Source of the DNA: Salpingoeca rosetta
Lineage: Eukaryota; Protista; Choanoflagellata
Length of the DNA: 64,000 nt
Direction of reading: 5' to 3'
NCBI GenBank assembly: GCA_033442325.1
Contig: JAWQFM010000004.1
Location: 2,328,830-2,392,829 of the forward strand
The notes under the pieces were generated by a model that saw only the letters and a list, made by a program, of their open reading frames with translations, was not told where the DNA came from and made no database searches. Both the position numbers and the translations under genes were made by a program. This document shows, one piece after another, positions 13,854-27,043 of the stretch. Numbering within the stretch: position 1 is the first letter of the stretch; each line of letters opens with the position of its first letter.

Positions 13854-15175
13854 GCGTGTTCGCGTGTTCTTTTCTGTTTACCTGCTCTTGCTGCATCTGT
13901 GTTTGCATTCCATGTGCGTGAGTGTGTTCCAACACTCCTCCAAACCTCCCCCCCCCCCCCCAACACCCTCTTCACTGCACCCGCGTCAAGACACTGACCC
14001 CCGTCCACCACAACGACAACCGTTTCAACCCCTCCCCGTCCCTCGTGCGTGTGGTCAGGTGTCATCGCTAACAGCTGAGCTGGAGAAGGCGCGACACGAC
14101 AGAGAACAGGCCCTCCTCGATGTACGCACACACGCAATGGGCGACGGGTGCATTTTTTTGACCATGGTCAATTGTACACACAGAACGGCACACATGCGTG
14201 CGCACATGCGCGAACACACTCTCGCACACACCCTCGCGCGCACACACACACACACGCACCTTCGCACACACACACACACCCTCGCACACACGCACACATC
14301 TCAACGCCTCACGTGCCTTTCCTGCATCACAGGTCGACTTGCTTCGTGTTCGTCTCCAGTCATCACAGAAACAGCAGCAGCAGCAGCAGCAGCAGGGAAG
14401 TAGCTCGCAGGACGCGGGAGTGGCAGGAACGAAACACAACCAAGCAACAGATCAACAAGGCCAAGCATCACAGCAACCAGCGCAGCAACAACCATCATCA
14501 ACAGAAGCATCAGCGGCACCCCCACCCGTGCAGGCGGCACTCGCAGAGATGGCGCAACGTGAGCGTCTCATCAAGTCGCATTATGCGGACCGCGTTGCCA
14601 ACCTCGCCGAGCTGCTGCGCTGTGCAGACGCAAAGGCCGTGGCGTACCAGGAGGAGTGCATGGCGCTCGTGCACAAGCTGCGACGCGCACAGACAACCCA
14701 GCAGCAGCAGCGGCAGCGACAACAGCAGTCGAAACAGCACGGCCAGCAGGAGGCGGTGGCGGTGGCAGCCAAGATGCAGCACATGGAGGAGACACTCACC
14801 ACCACCAAGAAGAACTACGAGGCACAGGTGTGTGGGTGGGGGTGAATCATGTGTTTGCGAGCTGATTTTGGGTGGTGTGTGGATGTCGTTTGGGGTTTGA
14901 TTGTCTCGTTTGATGTGAGGTGAGTGTCTTTCGCTTCCAGGTGGATGCAACTGTGTGTAGAGAGCTTTGCGTTTGTGTGTGCGCGCGTCTGCACTCCGTT
15001 TCCAGCTCACAATCTCATCACCACAACCGCTTTTACACCTTGCTCCCACACCCCCGCACATTCCCGTCAGATTGCTGCACTGTCGGACACGCTCGTGTCG
15101 CTGCAGGCGCAGTTGAAGGCGAGCGAGGACCGCGCCGGCCAACTTGAGAGCGCAATCAGATCACGCAGGAGATGA
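9278..15175 (+). CDS. PPP1R21: PPP1R21/KLRAQ1-like coiled-coil protein (FERRY subunit Fy-2 homolog, multi-exon)
   Basis: Spliced [29 protein letters not shown]...[25 protein letters not shown]...[13 protein letters not shown] matches the KLRAQ region. C-terminal [16 protein letters not shown]...[15 protein letters not shown]...[20 protein letters not shown] matches the TTKRSYEDQ region. Confidence 0.88.
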
Positions 15176-15651
15176 CGCCGCGTGTCTGTGTGTGTGTCTG
15201 TGTCTGTGTGTATGCATGTGTATGTATGTGTATGTATGTGTATGTAAGTGTGTGTATGTGTGTGTATGTGTGTGTATGTGTGTCTGTCTGTCTGTCTGTC
15301 TGTGTGCCTGTGTCTGTGTCTGTCTGTCTGTGTCTGTCTGTGTGCCTGTGTCTGTCTGTCTTTCTATCTGCCACTCAATGTCTCTGTCTGCCACTCTATG
15401 TCTCCGTTTGTCTCGCCCCCGTTTCTCTCTGGGCGTCATCATATGGCGCCTCCGTGCATGTTGCTTCGACCGCCAACGCATCAGTGTCGTTACACGTCAC
15501 AACAGTTCGTTTATTCTGGGTCCCCTCCTCGCCCACCTCATGTTCTCGGCCAGTAGATTACAGCTTGAAGTCAACACACCATATGCAGGTACACACTACG
15601 TGCACGCCAATGACAGGACACACAACACACACACACAACTCACACAACTCA

Positions 15652-15716
<65 letters not shown>

Positions 15717-15717
15717 A

Positions 15718-17115
15718 TCACTTGAAGCGAGAGGGGCGTGCTCTGTTTGGGTTGACGAACGGCTGCGTCAAGACAGACTTGAGCTTCTGCACCTTCTTGT
15801 CGCCAAAACCGGGACAGAGACGAATATCGTCCTCGCTCGCCGTCGCAATGCCACGCACGCTCCCAAACGCAGACAGCAGCGTGATGGCGTCTGTTTTGTT
15901 GACGGAGCGCACAGACGTGAGGCACGCCACGACCTGCGACAGGTAGTCTGGTGCCGTGGTCTGCTGCAGCGCATCTGCAGACTTGTTCTCGTACGCCTTG
16001 TACGTTTCGACGTACCGCCCCACTTCCTTGTTGGACCAGCCAAGCATCAGCGTGTAGTTGTGCACCATGCACAGCTTTGTCAGGTCCATCAGCACAGGCT
16101 GGCTGTCACGCACGTCCACGAGCACCAGCAGCACGCGCACCTGGTACAGGCGGCCAACCTCCCTGATGCGGCCGTGTATGTACTCTGGGTGGAGCAAGTG
16201 GTACCGTAGACTCAGGAACAGCCCGCACGTGCGCTTGCCCATGACAAAGTCCGCCTTCTGCTCGCAGTACTGCCAAGGCACGTTGCGGATGTGTTGGAGG
16301 ACGGGGTTTCCTTTCTGCCGAACGTCCACGCGCACAAAGTTTGGGCCGACAGCCTGCTTGGCCAGACCATTCAGCAGCTGCCGTGTCCGCTCGCTCTCCT
16401 CGTTCAAGGCCGCCGCTGTTGCTGATGATGCTGACGATGTTGATGCTGTCGTTGCCGTGGTGGCTGTTGGTGTTGTGGTTGTCGTTGATGCTGTCGTTGC
16501 CGTTGCTGCTGTCGTTGTTGATGCTGCTGTTGCTGTTGCTGTGGTGGTTGTGGTTGCTGGTGCCGTCTCGGAAACCGAAGATGCAGCAGGTGCACCCGCA
16601 TTGCCCTGGCCCGTCTTGGTCACTCCTACCCCTGCTGTTGTGCCAGATTGCGTGGCTGCCAACCGCGAGATGGACTCTGCCGTCGTTGGCGGGATGGCAT
16701 TCACGATACTCTGCAAGTCCGGTGGCTGCCTGTCTTGTGCGGTGGAGGAGGGTGTGGCAGCGCCGGTGGCGGTGGTGGTGGCTGGACGTGGACCGCTGTC
16801 GTCCAAGTTCTCCGAGATGCGCATCACACCGTCACTGCCCATCTCAACGGTGACACCGGACATGTCCACTTCATCCAGCACGCGCAGCATGACTTCATCA
16901 GCGACACCGTCATCATCGTCGTCGTCGTCATAAGCATCAGCGCCAGCGCTGTTCCCACCCTTGCGTGTGTGTCTTCTCGGTGACCAGCGTGCTGTGTCGC
17001 CCGATTTGCCATGCGTCGTTGTGTCCTTTGCTCTCTTGGGTGCCAATGCACCATCGTCATGGCTCTGTCCTTGTTGTTGTTGTTGTTGTTGTTTAAGTTG
17101 TTGTTGTTGTTGTGG

Positions 17116-17152
<37 letters not shown>

Positions 17153-17154
17153 GG

Positions 17155-17227
<73 letters not shown>

Positions 17228-17364
17228 GGCCGTTCTTCCTGCTGCTGCTGCTTCGTGCTTGATGATTCACCAGCACCACGGCTGCCACCACCCTGCTGTT
17301 GGAAGAGGTTGGTGCGCTCGGTCTTTGGCGGTTCGCGCAATCGCAGCAGGCGCTTGCCGCCCAT
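15718..17364 (-). CDS. ERCC1: DNA excision repair protein ERCC1 (single exon, 548 aa, poly-Q and Thr/Ala-rich N-terminus)
   Basis: [72 protein letters not shown], and HhH motifs [21 protein letters not shown] and [13 protein letters not shown] at 17364. Confidence 0.96.
17072..17226 (-). repeat. Coding (CAA)n poly-Gln tract in ERCC1
   Basis: About 50 CAA codons interrupted by CCA and CTT AAA. Confidence 0.9.
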
Positions 17365-17664
17365 GGTTGCAGAAAAACGTATCAAATGATGGCCAATTTT
17401 CAGTAACCGCATCCATCCACAGCAACGCTGCTCGTTCTGTTGCTTGCTGTCTTGCTTGTGGGCTGGCGTTGTTTGGGTTTGGTGTGTGACGTGAGCAGTG
17501 GTCGTAGTCGTGGTGACACTGTGTGCGTGTGCGTATGTGTGCGTGTGTATGAGTGTGTGTGCGTGTGAGTGAGCCAGTGTGAAAAGGCGAGACAAGAAAA
17601 AAAAGAGGGATCTGTGGTCTTCCGTCCAATTTGGTCGACTTGCGTTGAGCAAACAACACACAGC

Positions 17665-19444
17665 ATGTCGTCGAAGCCGCCGTTCCCGCCGTTCCCGCCG
17701 AAGACAGGCAGCGCGCAGCCTCCTGACCACCTCAAACGCCTACTACAAGGCAGACCGCCCCGCCCCGGCGCTTCTGGGCCACCGGGACGCGCGCCAAAGC
17801 CAGGGAGAGTGCGCAACCCGCTCCAACGCGACGAACGCCCTGCCGTCGCCAAGGTGCGCATTATCTACGAGTACATGGGCGTTGGAAAAAGGAGAGCATG
17901 ATGGTTGAAAAAGCTGCGTGAACCTATTGATGTATGGAGGGCGCAGGGAGGGCTCAAGGTTTGGTGTGCGAGTTGTGTGTGTGAGTTGTGTGTGAGTTGG
18001 CAATGCATTGCATTCTCAGCAGGAGAGTGTTGGACAGCGACAGCTGAAGCCCCTTCCTCATCGTACTCTCAAGTTGATTGTACGGATGCTGGCGGCGCTG
18101 TATCAACGAATTCACGACAGGGGGCCAAAGGGTTTGGGCCCGTGCCTTGGTCGGAGTGCTTTGACAAGCAGTACAAAGTGGAAGCCGAGGGCCACAAGGG
18201 CGCCTTCAATGTGTATGAGAAGGTAAACCACACTCATTGCAATTGCTACGGTTGCCGCCGCTGCTATGGTTGTTGCAGCTGCTCGCCGAGGCGTCCCCCA
18301 ACAACGAAGCACAGCCAGCACTGCACACCTCAAGCCATTCCACAAATGTTTTGTGTGTGCGCTCACAATCAACACTCACACACACGCACACACACTCACA
18401 TACACTCACACACACACACGCACACGCACACACACACGCACACGCACGCACACACGCACACACACACTCTTGCACGATTGATGCTGTTGCGTTTTGAATG
18501 TGCTGTCGATTGTGTGCACCTCTTCAGGGCGATGGGGACGTTGCTGTGCTGCTGCTGCACGGTGGTGGGCACTCGGCGCTGTCGTGGGCGGCGTTTGCAA
18601 AGCTGATGCACGCCGCCGAGCCATGCCGCATCATCGCCTTTGACTGCCGCGGCCACGGCGAAACAACCGTCGAGCCAGCGACTGGTAACGAAACGCTGCG
18701 GTGTGACGTTCTTGGAGTTGTGGGTCGTGTCTTTGTGTGGTGCGTGGCGTGTTGTGGAGCGAAACATGAGTGTGTAGTTGAGGAGGATGGATTGAAGAAG
18801 ATCATGATGAGGATGAGATGAAGAAGTCAACGCGTGGTGAGACTGCACAGGAGGCACGCTGCACTTGAACTAACGCATGCACGTACTCTGCACCTGGCGC
18901 GTTGGCGGTGATTGACGTGTACACGTGTACAGCATTGTCCAAGCAGCAGCAGTGCGAGGATGTGAAGTTCATCTGCAGCAAAGTCCTCAAAGGCGAACCC
19001 GTCGTTGTCGCCGGACACAGGTATGTGTGTGTGTGTGTGTGTGCGTGTGTGTCTGTGTCTGTGTGTGTGTATGTGTGTGTGTGTCTGTGTGTATGTGTGT
19101 GCGTGCGTCTGCGTCTGTGGCTGCGTCTGCCTGTCATTCAAAATACCACTCGTGCAACTCATCACCAACTCACCTCGTCGTCACCCATCGCCATTGCAGC
19201 ATGGGCGGTGCGATTGCTGTGCATGCGGTGAAGGGCGGATTCGTTCCAAATCCAGCCGCAGTTGTCGTCCTCGACGTCGTGGAGGGTCAGCTGATGCTGT
19301 CTGTATCTGTGTGCTTATGTGTGTTTGTGTGTGTGTGTGTGCGTGCGTGTGTCTGTGTGTCTGCGTGTGTCTTTGCGTGTGTGTGTCTGTGTGTCTGCGT
19401 GTGTGCGGGTGTGTGTGTGTGTGTGTGTGTGTCTGCGTGTGTGC

Positions 19445-19529
<85 letters not shown>

Positions 19530-21222
19530 TACTCTATCTTTCTCTGTCTGTCTGTCTTACTCTATCTTTCTCTGTCTGTCTGTCTTACTCTATCTTTCTC
19601 TGACTGTGTGTCTGTCTGTCCATCCGCCCTTGTTTCGAAGCTCCCCCCCCCCTCACACACCACCACCATCACCACCACTGTCACCAGGAACGGCCATGAG
19701 TGCCCTTGCATACATGAGCCGGTTCATTCAGTCGCGTCCAACGCACTTTGAAAGCATCGAGGTCGGTCGACAGTGAAACGGAGCCGTGCCGCTGCTGCCT
19801 GAGTTGTATTCTGTGTTTGGGGGGGAGGGGGGAGAGGGGGGTACTCGCTCATGTGCATACATTCAATCACACACTCACACACAAACACATGCTCACAAAA
19901 CACAATCACGCAAACACACACACCGCATCGTATCACATAACGGGTGAACAGCAAGCCATTGCGTGGAGCCTCAAAGCGGGACAACTGCACAATGTCTTCA
20001 GCGCTCGCGTCTCCATGCAAGGACAGGTGTGTGTGTGTGTGTGTGTGTGTCTGTGTGTCTGTGTGTGTGTCTGTGTGTCTGTGTCTGTCTGTGTCTGTGT
20101 CTGTGTGTCTGTGTGTCTCCGTCTTTCCCGCCCCGTCTTCAAGACACACAAACGCGACCCTCAACACCACCGCCGCCCTCAACACCAACACCCTCACTCA
20201 ACACCAACTCGACCTGCAGTTGATGCCGGTGCGGCGTGCGGATGTGTCGGCGACGTCACGTCGCCATCTCGCATCGACAATCGCCGAAGAGGAGGAGGAG
20301 GAGGAGGAGGAGGAGGAGGAGGAGGAGGCACATAGTGATGGTGATGGTGGTGGTGACGGTGATAATGATGGACAGAAGCACACGACAAAGGACATGGAGA
20401 AGAATGGCAAAGAAGACGAACAGCGCCAGCAGCAGCATCACGAGCGACAAGAAGGAGAAGACCAAAGAACATCGACTGGTCACCGGACGCCAGCAGCCGT
20501 GAACATTCGCAGCGCTGACGACGACGAAGTGTACACGTGGCGCGTGGACCTCAAAGCCTCAGGTGTCGATGTGTGTGTGTGTCTGTCTGTCTGTCTGTGT
20601 GTGTGTGTGTGTGTCTGTCTGTCTGTCTGTGTGTCTGTCGGTCTGTTTGTCTGTCTCTCTGTCTCTCTGTCTCTCTGTCTCTCTGTCTGCCTGTGTGTGT
20701 GTGTGTGTCTGCGCCCGCTGCCTTGTTCTCACACCCCACTCCAGCCCCTGCCCCCTCACTTCGTTGCCCATCCCCTTGATCGATCCCATTCCTCTCCCCC
20801 CCCCCCAACACCGTGTGCAGAGCCGTATTGGGCGGAGTGGTTTGAAGGGCTCAGTGATGCGTTTCTCGCGTGCCCCTGTGCCCGAATTCTTGCGCTCGCC
20901 GGCGTGGACCGACTCGACACCGCGCTTACCATTGGCCAGATGCAAGGTGCTGTCCCGAGTGAAGTGCACTGAGACGAGCATCCCCCCCCCACATACATAC
21001 ACCCATGGTCTGCACAACCACAAACACAAACACAAACACAAACACAAACACACACGCGTGCATACAGAATTCTGCGCTCATGCACTTGCTTGCTTGCTTG
21101 CTTACTTACTTGCTTGCTTGTATTACGTATACATAATTGCGGCCTCACAGGGAAGTTTCAGTTGCACGTCGTGCGCAACACCGGACACAGCATCCAGGAG
21201 GACCAACCAGGTCTGGCTTTTG

Positions 21223-21277
<55 letters not shown>

Positions 21278-21463
21278 GCGTGTCTGTGCGTGTCTATGTG
21301 TGTGTGTTTGTGTGTCTGTGTATCTGCACTGACATGCACGGTCATGTTCCAGCCCTGATTCATACACACGCGCGCGCGCACACCAGGCGACCTTGCGCAG
21401 CTGCTTGCGGATTTCATCCGAAAGTCGCGAACGCTTTGGAGAAAGACTGGCGTGCTGAAGTGA
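17665..21463 (+). CDS. PPME1: Protein phosphatase methylesterase 1 (multi-exon)
   Basis: [23 protein letters not shown], nucleophile motif GHSMGG across a splice junction, [59 protein letters not shown]; stop at 21461-21463. Confidence 0.95.
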
Positions 21464-21477
21464 ACTCGGTTTTTTTT

Positions 21478-21508
<31 letters not shown>

Positions 21509-21998
21509 CACGCTCAACACACCCACGTGTGCACGTTGTGCACACGTGCGCGCAGCACAAGTGTATGTAACCTGCTCGTAACTGCCCCTCCAGCCCCTTC
21601 TGAACACTGGGCATGCGTAATGTACGCGTGTACTGATGACACAAACAACGACCTGAGTCAAACGTGACAGGAACAAAGAACACACACGCATACACATACA
21701 CACAAGCAAGCGCGAGAGCCAAAGGGAAGCAAGCACAAACAAACATCAACACATATCACGACACAACATAAACCAAGGACATACAAATGTACATGCACAT
21801 GCACACAACTGCACGCACAAGATCAACAGAGCGGGGCAGCCAACAAATGCAAAGGACGATGAGACAACACAACACGACTCAACATCACAAGCACTTGGAA
21901 TGGCGGTGGGCAAGGAGGCGGGCACACGAGCAATAAGTTGGTGCGTGTGCATGCTAGTAGAGGCGATGACGCGCGTGAGAGCGCAACACGCGCGCATC

Positions 21999-23975
21999 TC
22001 AACCAATCACAAGCTTGTTCTCCTCATCAATGAACCTGAGAAGAGACAAGTACAGACAACACGGACCATGGGTGAGTGGCGGCAATAGTAACACAGTTGT
22101 GCACGACTCGTAGCTGTTGTGTCTGTGTGTCTGTGTGTGTGTGTGTGTGTGTGTCTGTGTCTGTGTGTGCCTGTGTGTGTGTGCCTGTGTGTGTGTGTGT
22201 GTGCGTGTGTGTCTGTGTCTGTGTGTGCCTCTGTGTCTGTGTGTCTGTGTGTGTGTCTGTGTGTGCCTGTGTGTCTGTGTGTGTCTGTGTGTGTCTGTGT
22301 CTGTGTGTGTCTGTGCGTGTGTGCACCCTTCATTTCCTCCACATGCACCACCTGCGCCACCACCACCACCAGGGCGACTCACGTGTGCTGCGGGATCTCG
22401 AGGTTCTCTGGGGCGGGGCCCTTACGGATGCGACCAGAGGCGTCGTAGTGGGAGCCGTGGCACGGGCAGAAGTACCCGCCAAAGTCGCCCGCGTTGGCAA
22501 TGGGGACACACCCAAGATGCGTGCAAATGCCAAGAACAACCAGCCACTCGGGCTTCTGCTCGCAACCAAGAGGGGGGCGCAGTCGGGAAAGGGGGGGCGG
22601 GGTAGGACACATCGGCAGGAGACCACGTGGTGAGGGAGAGCGGATGCCAGGTCGCAGACATGCAGCGCAAGAATCACGCAACAGTAGCAATACGGGGGGG
22701 CGGCAGCTGCAGCTGCAGTACAAACGTCAGCAGCTGCAGTCGTGCAAGTTCAGATGTGCAGAGTGTGCACACGCAAGTGCGTAGTGTGCATGTGTGTGCA
22801 TGTGTGTGTGCGTGTGTGCGTGTACCGGTGCGCGCTCCTGGTCCGTCTCCTTGTGCCGCAGCGACGCCACGTCGACGGCGCGAACCTCGTCAATCTCCTT
22901 CTGCGTGCGGTGGCGAACAAACACGGGCTTTCCACGCCACTTGAACGTCACGTTCTTGCCTGTCACATGAGACATGATGGGAGGGAGGAGGGACAAGGGA
23001 AGATGAGTGTTGTTTGAGTGTGGGTATGCATGAGTGAGGGTGTGTGTGTTTGTGTTGCAAGCGACGGATTGTGCGTACATGTCTCACTTCTGCTACCGAA
23101 GGTGGTCAACGCACAACGCACTGTGCAACCCACAACAACGCAGCGAACAACTGTCACAACAATGCACTGTACAACTGATAAACACACGCACCCACCCACC
23201 CACAAAACCACACAAGCAGCAACAAACACGCGCACGCATCCTCACGGACCCTCAGGGATGGCAGACAGATCGACCTCCATCTTGGCAAGGGCAAGCACAT
23301 CAGCCTAAGCCGCAAAACGCAGAGCATCAGCGACAGTGGTCAGCTTGCGTGCTCGACATCTGCAAGTCTCCACGAAGACCAAAACCAGCGTACTGTGCTG
23401 TGCGCACACGAACAGCACACCAAAACCACGCACACACGCACGCATGCACACACACACGCGCACGCACGCACGCACACACATAAAACAACGACGCAAACTA
23501 CACACACACAACACAACACAAGCGTATACAGCCGAGTGAAGACGATGCGTCGCTCACTGACCGAGGCGCTCATTGTGTCGAGGAAGTCCTGAACCATGCT
23601 CTTGGCGAGGTGGATGGAGGCAACGGCACCACCGGCACCGAGGAGGTATGTGAAAGCGCGGCGGGAGTAGTCGGCCTCGCGAAGGTCCTTGCCAGAGTCA
23701 TCGCGCTTGTAGTTGTCGAAGGAGGGGGTCTCGATGTGAGCGAAGCGAACCTGGGTGGAGCAGCCAAAGACGGAGGAGGTGAAGCGGGTGGCACCGGAAG
23801 TGATGCGGGACGGGAAGGCGGCGCTGGCGGTTGGGGCGGCGGCGGCGGCGGCGGCAGACGCGCTTCCGGTGCGGGGCTGGGCGCGCTTTGCAACAACGGC
23901 GTTGAGGGTGCTGGTGCGGGCCGCGGCCAGGGCGGCGGCGGTCTGTGGAGACACGAATGTGCGAAGAGAAGCCAT
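21999..23975 (-). CDS. UQCRFS1: Cytochrome bc1 Rieske iron-sulfur subunit, mitochondrial
   Basis: Ala/Arg/Ser-rich presequence; [10 protein letters not shown] helix; [28 protein letters not shown], 2Fe-2S boxes CTHLGC and [19 protein letters not shown]; terminal exon [11 protein letters not shown]. Confidence 0.97.
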
Positions 23976-24537
23976 TGCTACGACCTGTGTGCCTGCAGGT
24001 GAAGTGGAGCATGGCAAGCATGGAAAGGTCAGGTATGAGCTGTGTGTGTGTGTCTCTCTGTGTGGGGGGGTGTGTGTGTGTGTGTGTGTGTGCAGTAACA
24101 CCTCTGTTGCTGGTTTTCCAACCAGTGAGTGGGTAACAGTGTGTGGGAGGAGGTGCCAGAGCGCAAGACCTACAGGTGCCACAGCAAAGCGTACAACGCA
24201 CAAACAGCAAGACCACCAAACAGCACAGCCAGCCACCACGACCACAAGCCAGCCACCACCGCCACCACCGCAGCACAACAGCCAGCAATCCCACACACAT
24301 ACACACACATACACACACATACACACACATACACACACATACACACATACACACACATACACACATACACACACTGGCGCCTCTCCCTCGTGTATCCACC
24401 AATGGAATAACGTCAGAAAACATACACGAAATATCCAACCAGCCGAAATCTGAATCTCTCTTATGGTGTCGGGATGCGTGGCTGCGACTGGCTGGGCTGC
24501 GTGTGTGTTGTGTGTTGTGTGTGTGTGTGTGTACAGC

Positions 24538-24629
<92 letters not shown>

Positions 24630-24738
24630 CATAGGAACAGCGTGATGGTGTGTATGACACTGTGTGACTGAGTGTGTTTACATGTTTGCATGTTTGCACA
24701 ACCAACTGCTTTGGTGTCATGTCAATGTCAATACACAC

Positions 24739-25501
24739 CATCTCTGATGCGCTGCTCTTCCTCCGGCGAGAGATCCACCATCTCCAGCCGCTCTGTGTCT
24801 TTGCTCCACCGCGTCAAGATGGCCTGCAGCACGATGTTGTGCAACGGGTGTGAGCAAAACAGCCGTCCGCGCCAACGCGCGTGTGCGCAACAGCCCAGTG
24901 CATGTGATTGCACAGCACCGCAAAGGGCGGTCCGCTGCTGGGGCTGCTTGTACCTGGTGGTCGCGAGTGACCAAGAAGAAGCCGGAACGAGGTGCTGCCG
25001 ACAGCGTTGCTGACGACATGGTGTCCACGGCGCTGCGAGAGCAGTTGGGGTAGGTGTGAGAATAGGGGACAGGGGGAAGAGAGGAAAGAAAGGGAGCAGA
25101 GACGGGAAAAGAGATGGGAAGAGAGAGGGGACAGGAGAGGGGACGGAGGAAACAGCGAGATGTGGAGAGCGACAAGCAGAGCATTCATACTCATACGAAC
25201 GTGCACATCGCACACATACACACACTCACATGCACATGCACACATGCACACGCATGCACACGCATGCACACGCATACATGCGCACAAACGCATGCACACA
25301 AACGCATGCACACCCATGTCACCTGTGAAAGAGAAAGTGCACGCCTGGTGGCACCATCTTGATGCCCATGAAGCGAGGCCCTGTCGTCCACGCCTTGCAG
25401 TCGATGCCGAGCTGCGTGCCCGCGGGCACATCCTGCGCGATCACCACAGCCTGCTGGAAGAACCTGCGCTCCACATCCCCATCACCGCTCATCGTCGTCA
25501 T
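24739..25501 (-). CDS. AAR2: AAR2 U5 snRNP assembly factor, N-terminal ~114 aa only (3' exons absent from window)
   Basis: Exons 25501-25323, 25032-24954 and 24823-24739 give RRFFQQAVVIAQDVPAGTQLGIDCKAWTTGPRFMGIKMVPPGVHFLFHS...PRSGFFL...ILTRWSKDTERL, matching the AAR2 N-terminal domain. No further AAR2-like exon occurs before the Rieske gene. Confidence 0.85.
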
Positions 25502-25890
25502 TGTGTGTTTGTCAGAAAAAGTGAGTGTTTGTGTGCGAACGACCCTCACATCGCTTTGCTCATTGATGGTGATGATGATGATGATCACTTCGCTTCACAC
25601 ACATCACAGGACTTGCATCACGTGCATGGATGGCACATTGAAGCAATGTATTGCTGGGATTGATTGGGAGAGGGCTTGAAGCCTTTCTGACGCATGGCAG
25701 AGACAAGCGAAGGGACAGATAACAGGGAAGAGAGAGCTAACACAAGAACAGGGAAGGAGCTGGGAGCAAGTAGGACAAACCACAGAGCGCAACAGCGCGT
25801 GACAAGAGGATTACATTACACAGCCACACATGCACACACACACACACACATGCACACACATACACACACATGCACACACACACACACACA

Positions 25891-27043
25891 CTAGCCGAGG
25901 ATGGGCTTGAGGCAGGTGTTCTTGATGGCGGCAACAACGCTGTCGAAGCACGAGGCCTCTGCCACCGCCGGCACCGTCACCTCTGGCTGCGCGTGCTGTA
26001 CAGATGCATCGAGCGAGGAGGAAGCAACACTGTAGGCGCTGTCATTCGCGTCGCTGTGCTGCATCTCATCCTCGTCTTGCTCGCCTTGTACCGTGTCGGC
26101 GCGCTCGGCGTCTTGATCGACGTCCTTCTCCTCTTCTTCGTCGTCATCATCGCCATCGCCCATGCCGTACTTGGCTGGCGATGCCACTTGCAAGGTCGCT
26201 GGCTGGTCAGCAAGCACCTCACAGCCAACCTCTGCCATAGGGTGCAAATGGACGGGTGCGAGTGGGAGCACAGGCAAGGGGATACCAAACAACAAACAAC
26301 AAACAAGGTGAGGTTTTGGGAAGGTAGCCAGAACGAAACGACAAAAAACAAGCGATGAGTGGGGCAAGGGCGTAAATAAAGCAAGGCACACAAGAGCGTG
26401 CACTGAGACGAACCAAAGGAGATGATGTGTGTAGCGGCGTCAAAGAACACGCAGACGTCCGATGTTTCAGCGACTTGGATGACGACATTTGGGCAGCCGG
26501 GCTGATCGAGCGCATCGCGGCCCCAGCTCTGCTCCCATGAGCCGTTCCTGCACACCTGTTGGGTATGATGGTGTCGAGTGTGGAGGGAGGAAGGTGAGGA
26601 AGTGTGACTGGAGGAGGAGGGGAGGGGGACACGCATGCATGCGTATGCGTACGCGCACACGTCCACACACGCACGTACGTGCACACGCACACACACACAC
26701 TACACACACACTACACACACACTACACACACACTCCACTGACCTTGATTTCGTAGGTGCCTGCGGGCACGGCCTGGAACCTGGCAACCAACGCATGCTCG
26801 TCCTTGACGACGTGAAGGCGTCCGCGCGGGTCCTGTGGATCCCACGCCATGCCACCAGCGGCAGCGATCAGGGTGCCTGCAACAGAGTACCACTCTGTTG
26901 TACAAACGAGGTGGGGCGAGGGTATTTGGGCTGTGGTGTGAGTTGTCTGTCACAAACGCAAACAAACACATGATACGTGCTCGCACAAGGAGTACATTCT
27001 GGGTGTTGGAACACTCCAATAGCACGAATCACGAACCTGGCAT
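25891..27043 (-). CDS. Small protein with pullulanase X25-like (putative alpha-glucan-binding) domain and acidic tail
   Basis: Exons 27043-27037, 26894-26743, 26555-26414 and 26231-25891 give MPEWYSVAGTLIAAAGGMAWDPQD...VPAGTYEIKVCRNGSWEQSWG...PNVVIQV..DVCVFFDAATH, then a D/E-rich tail. The pattern VAG..WDP...PAGxYExK...NGSWxExxG...FxxDxxTH recalls X25 domains of bacterial amylopullulanases. The start codon is uncertain (alternative ATG at 27294). Confidence 0.68.

Noticed and set aside
17365-17730. 670-aa ERCC1 as given by the ORF track
   Set aside because: Non-ATG start that overlaps the PPME1 start; ATG 17364 is more plausible.
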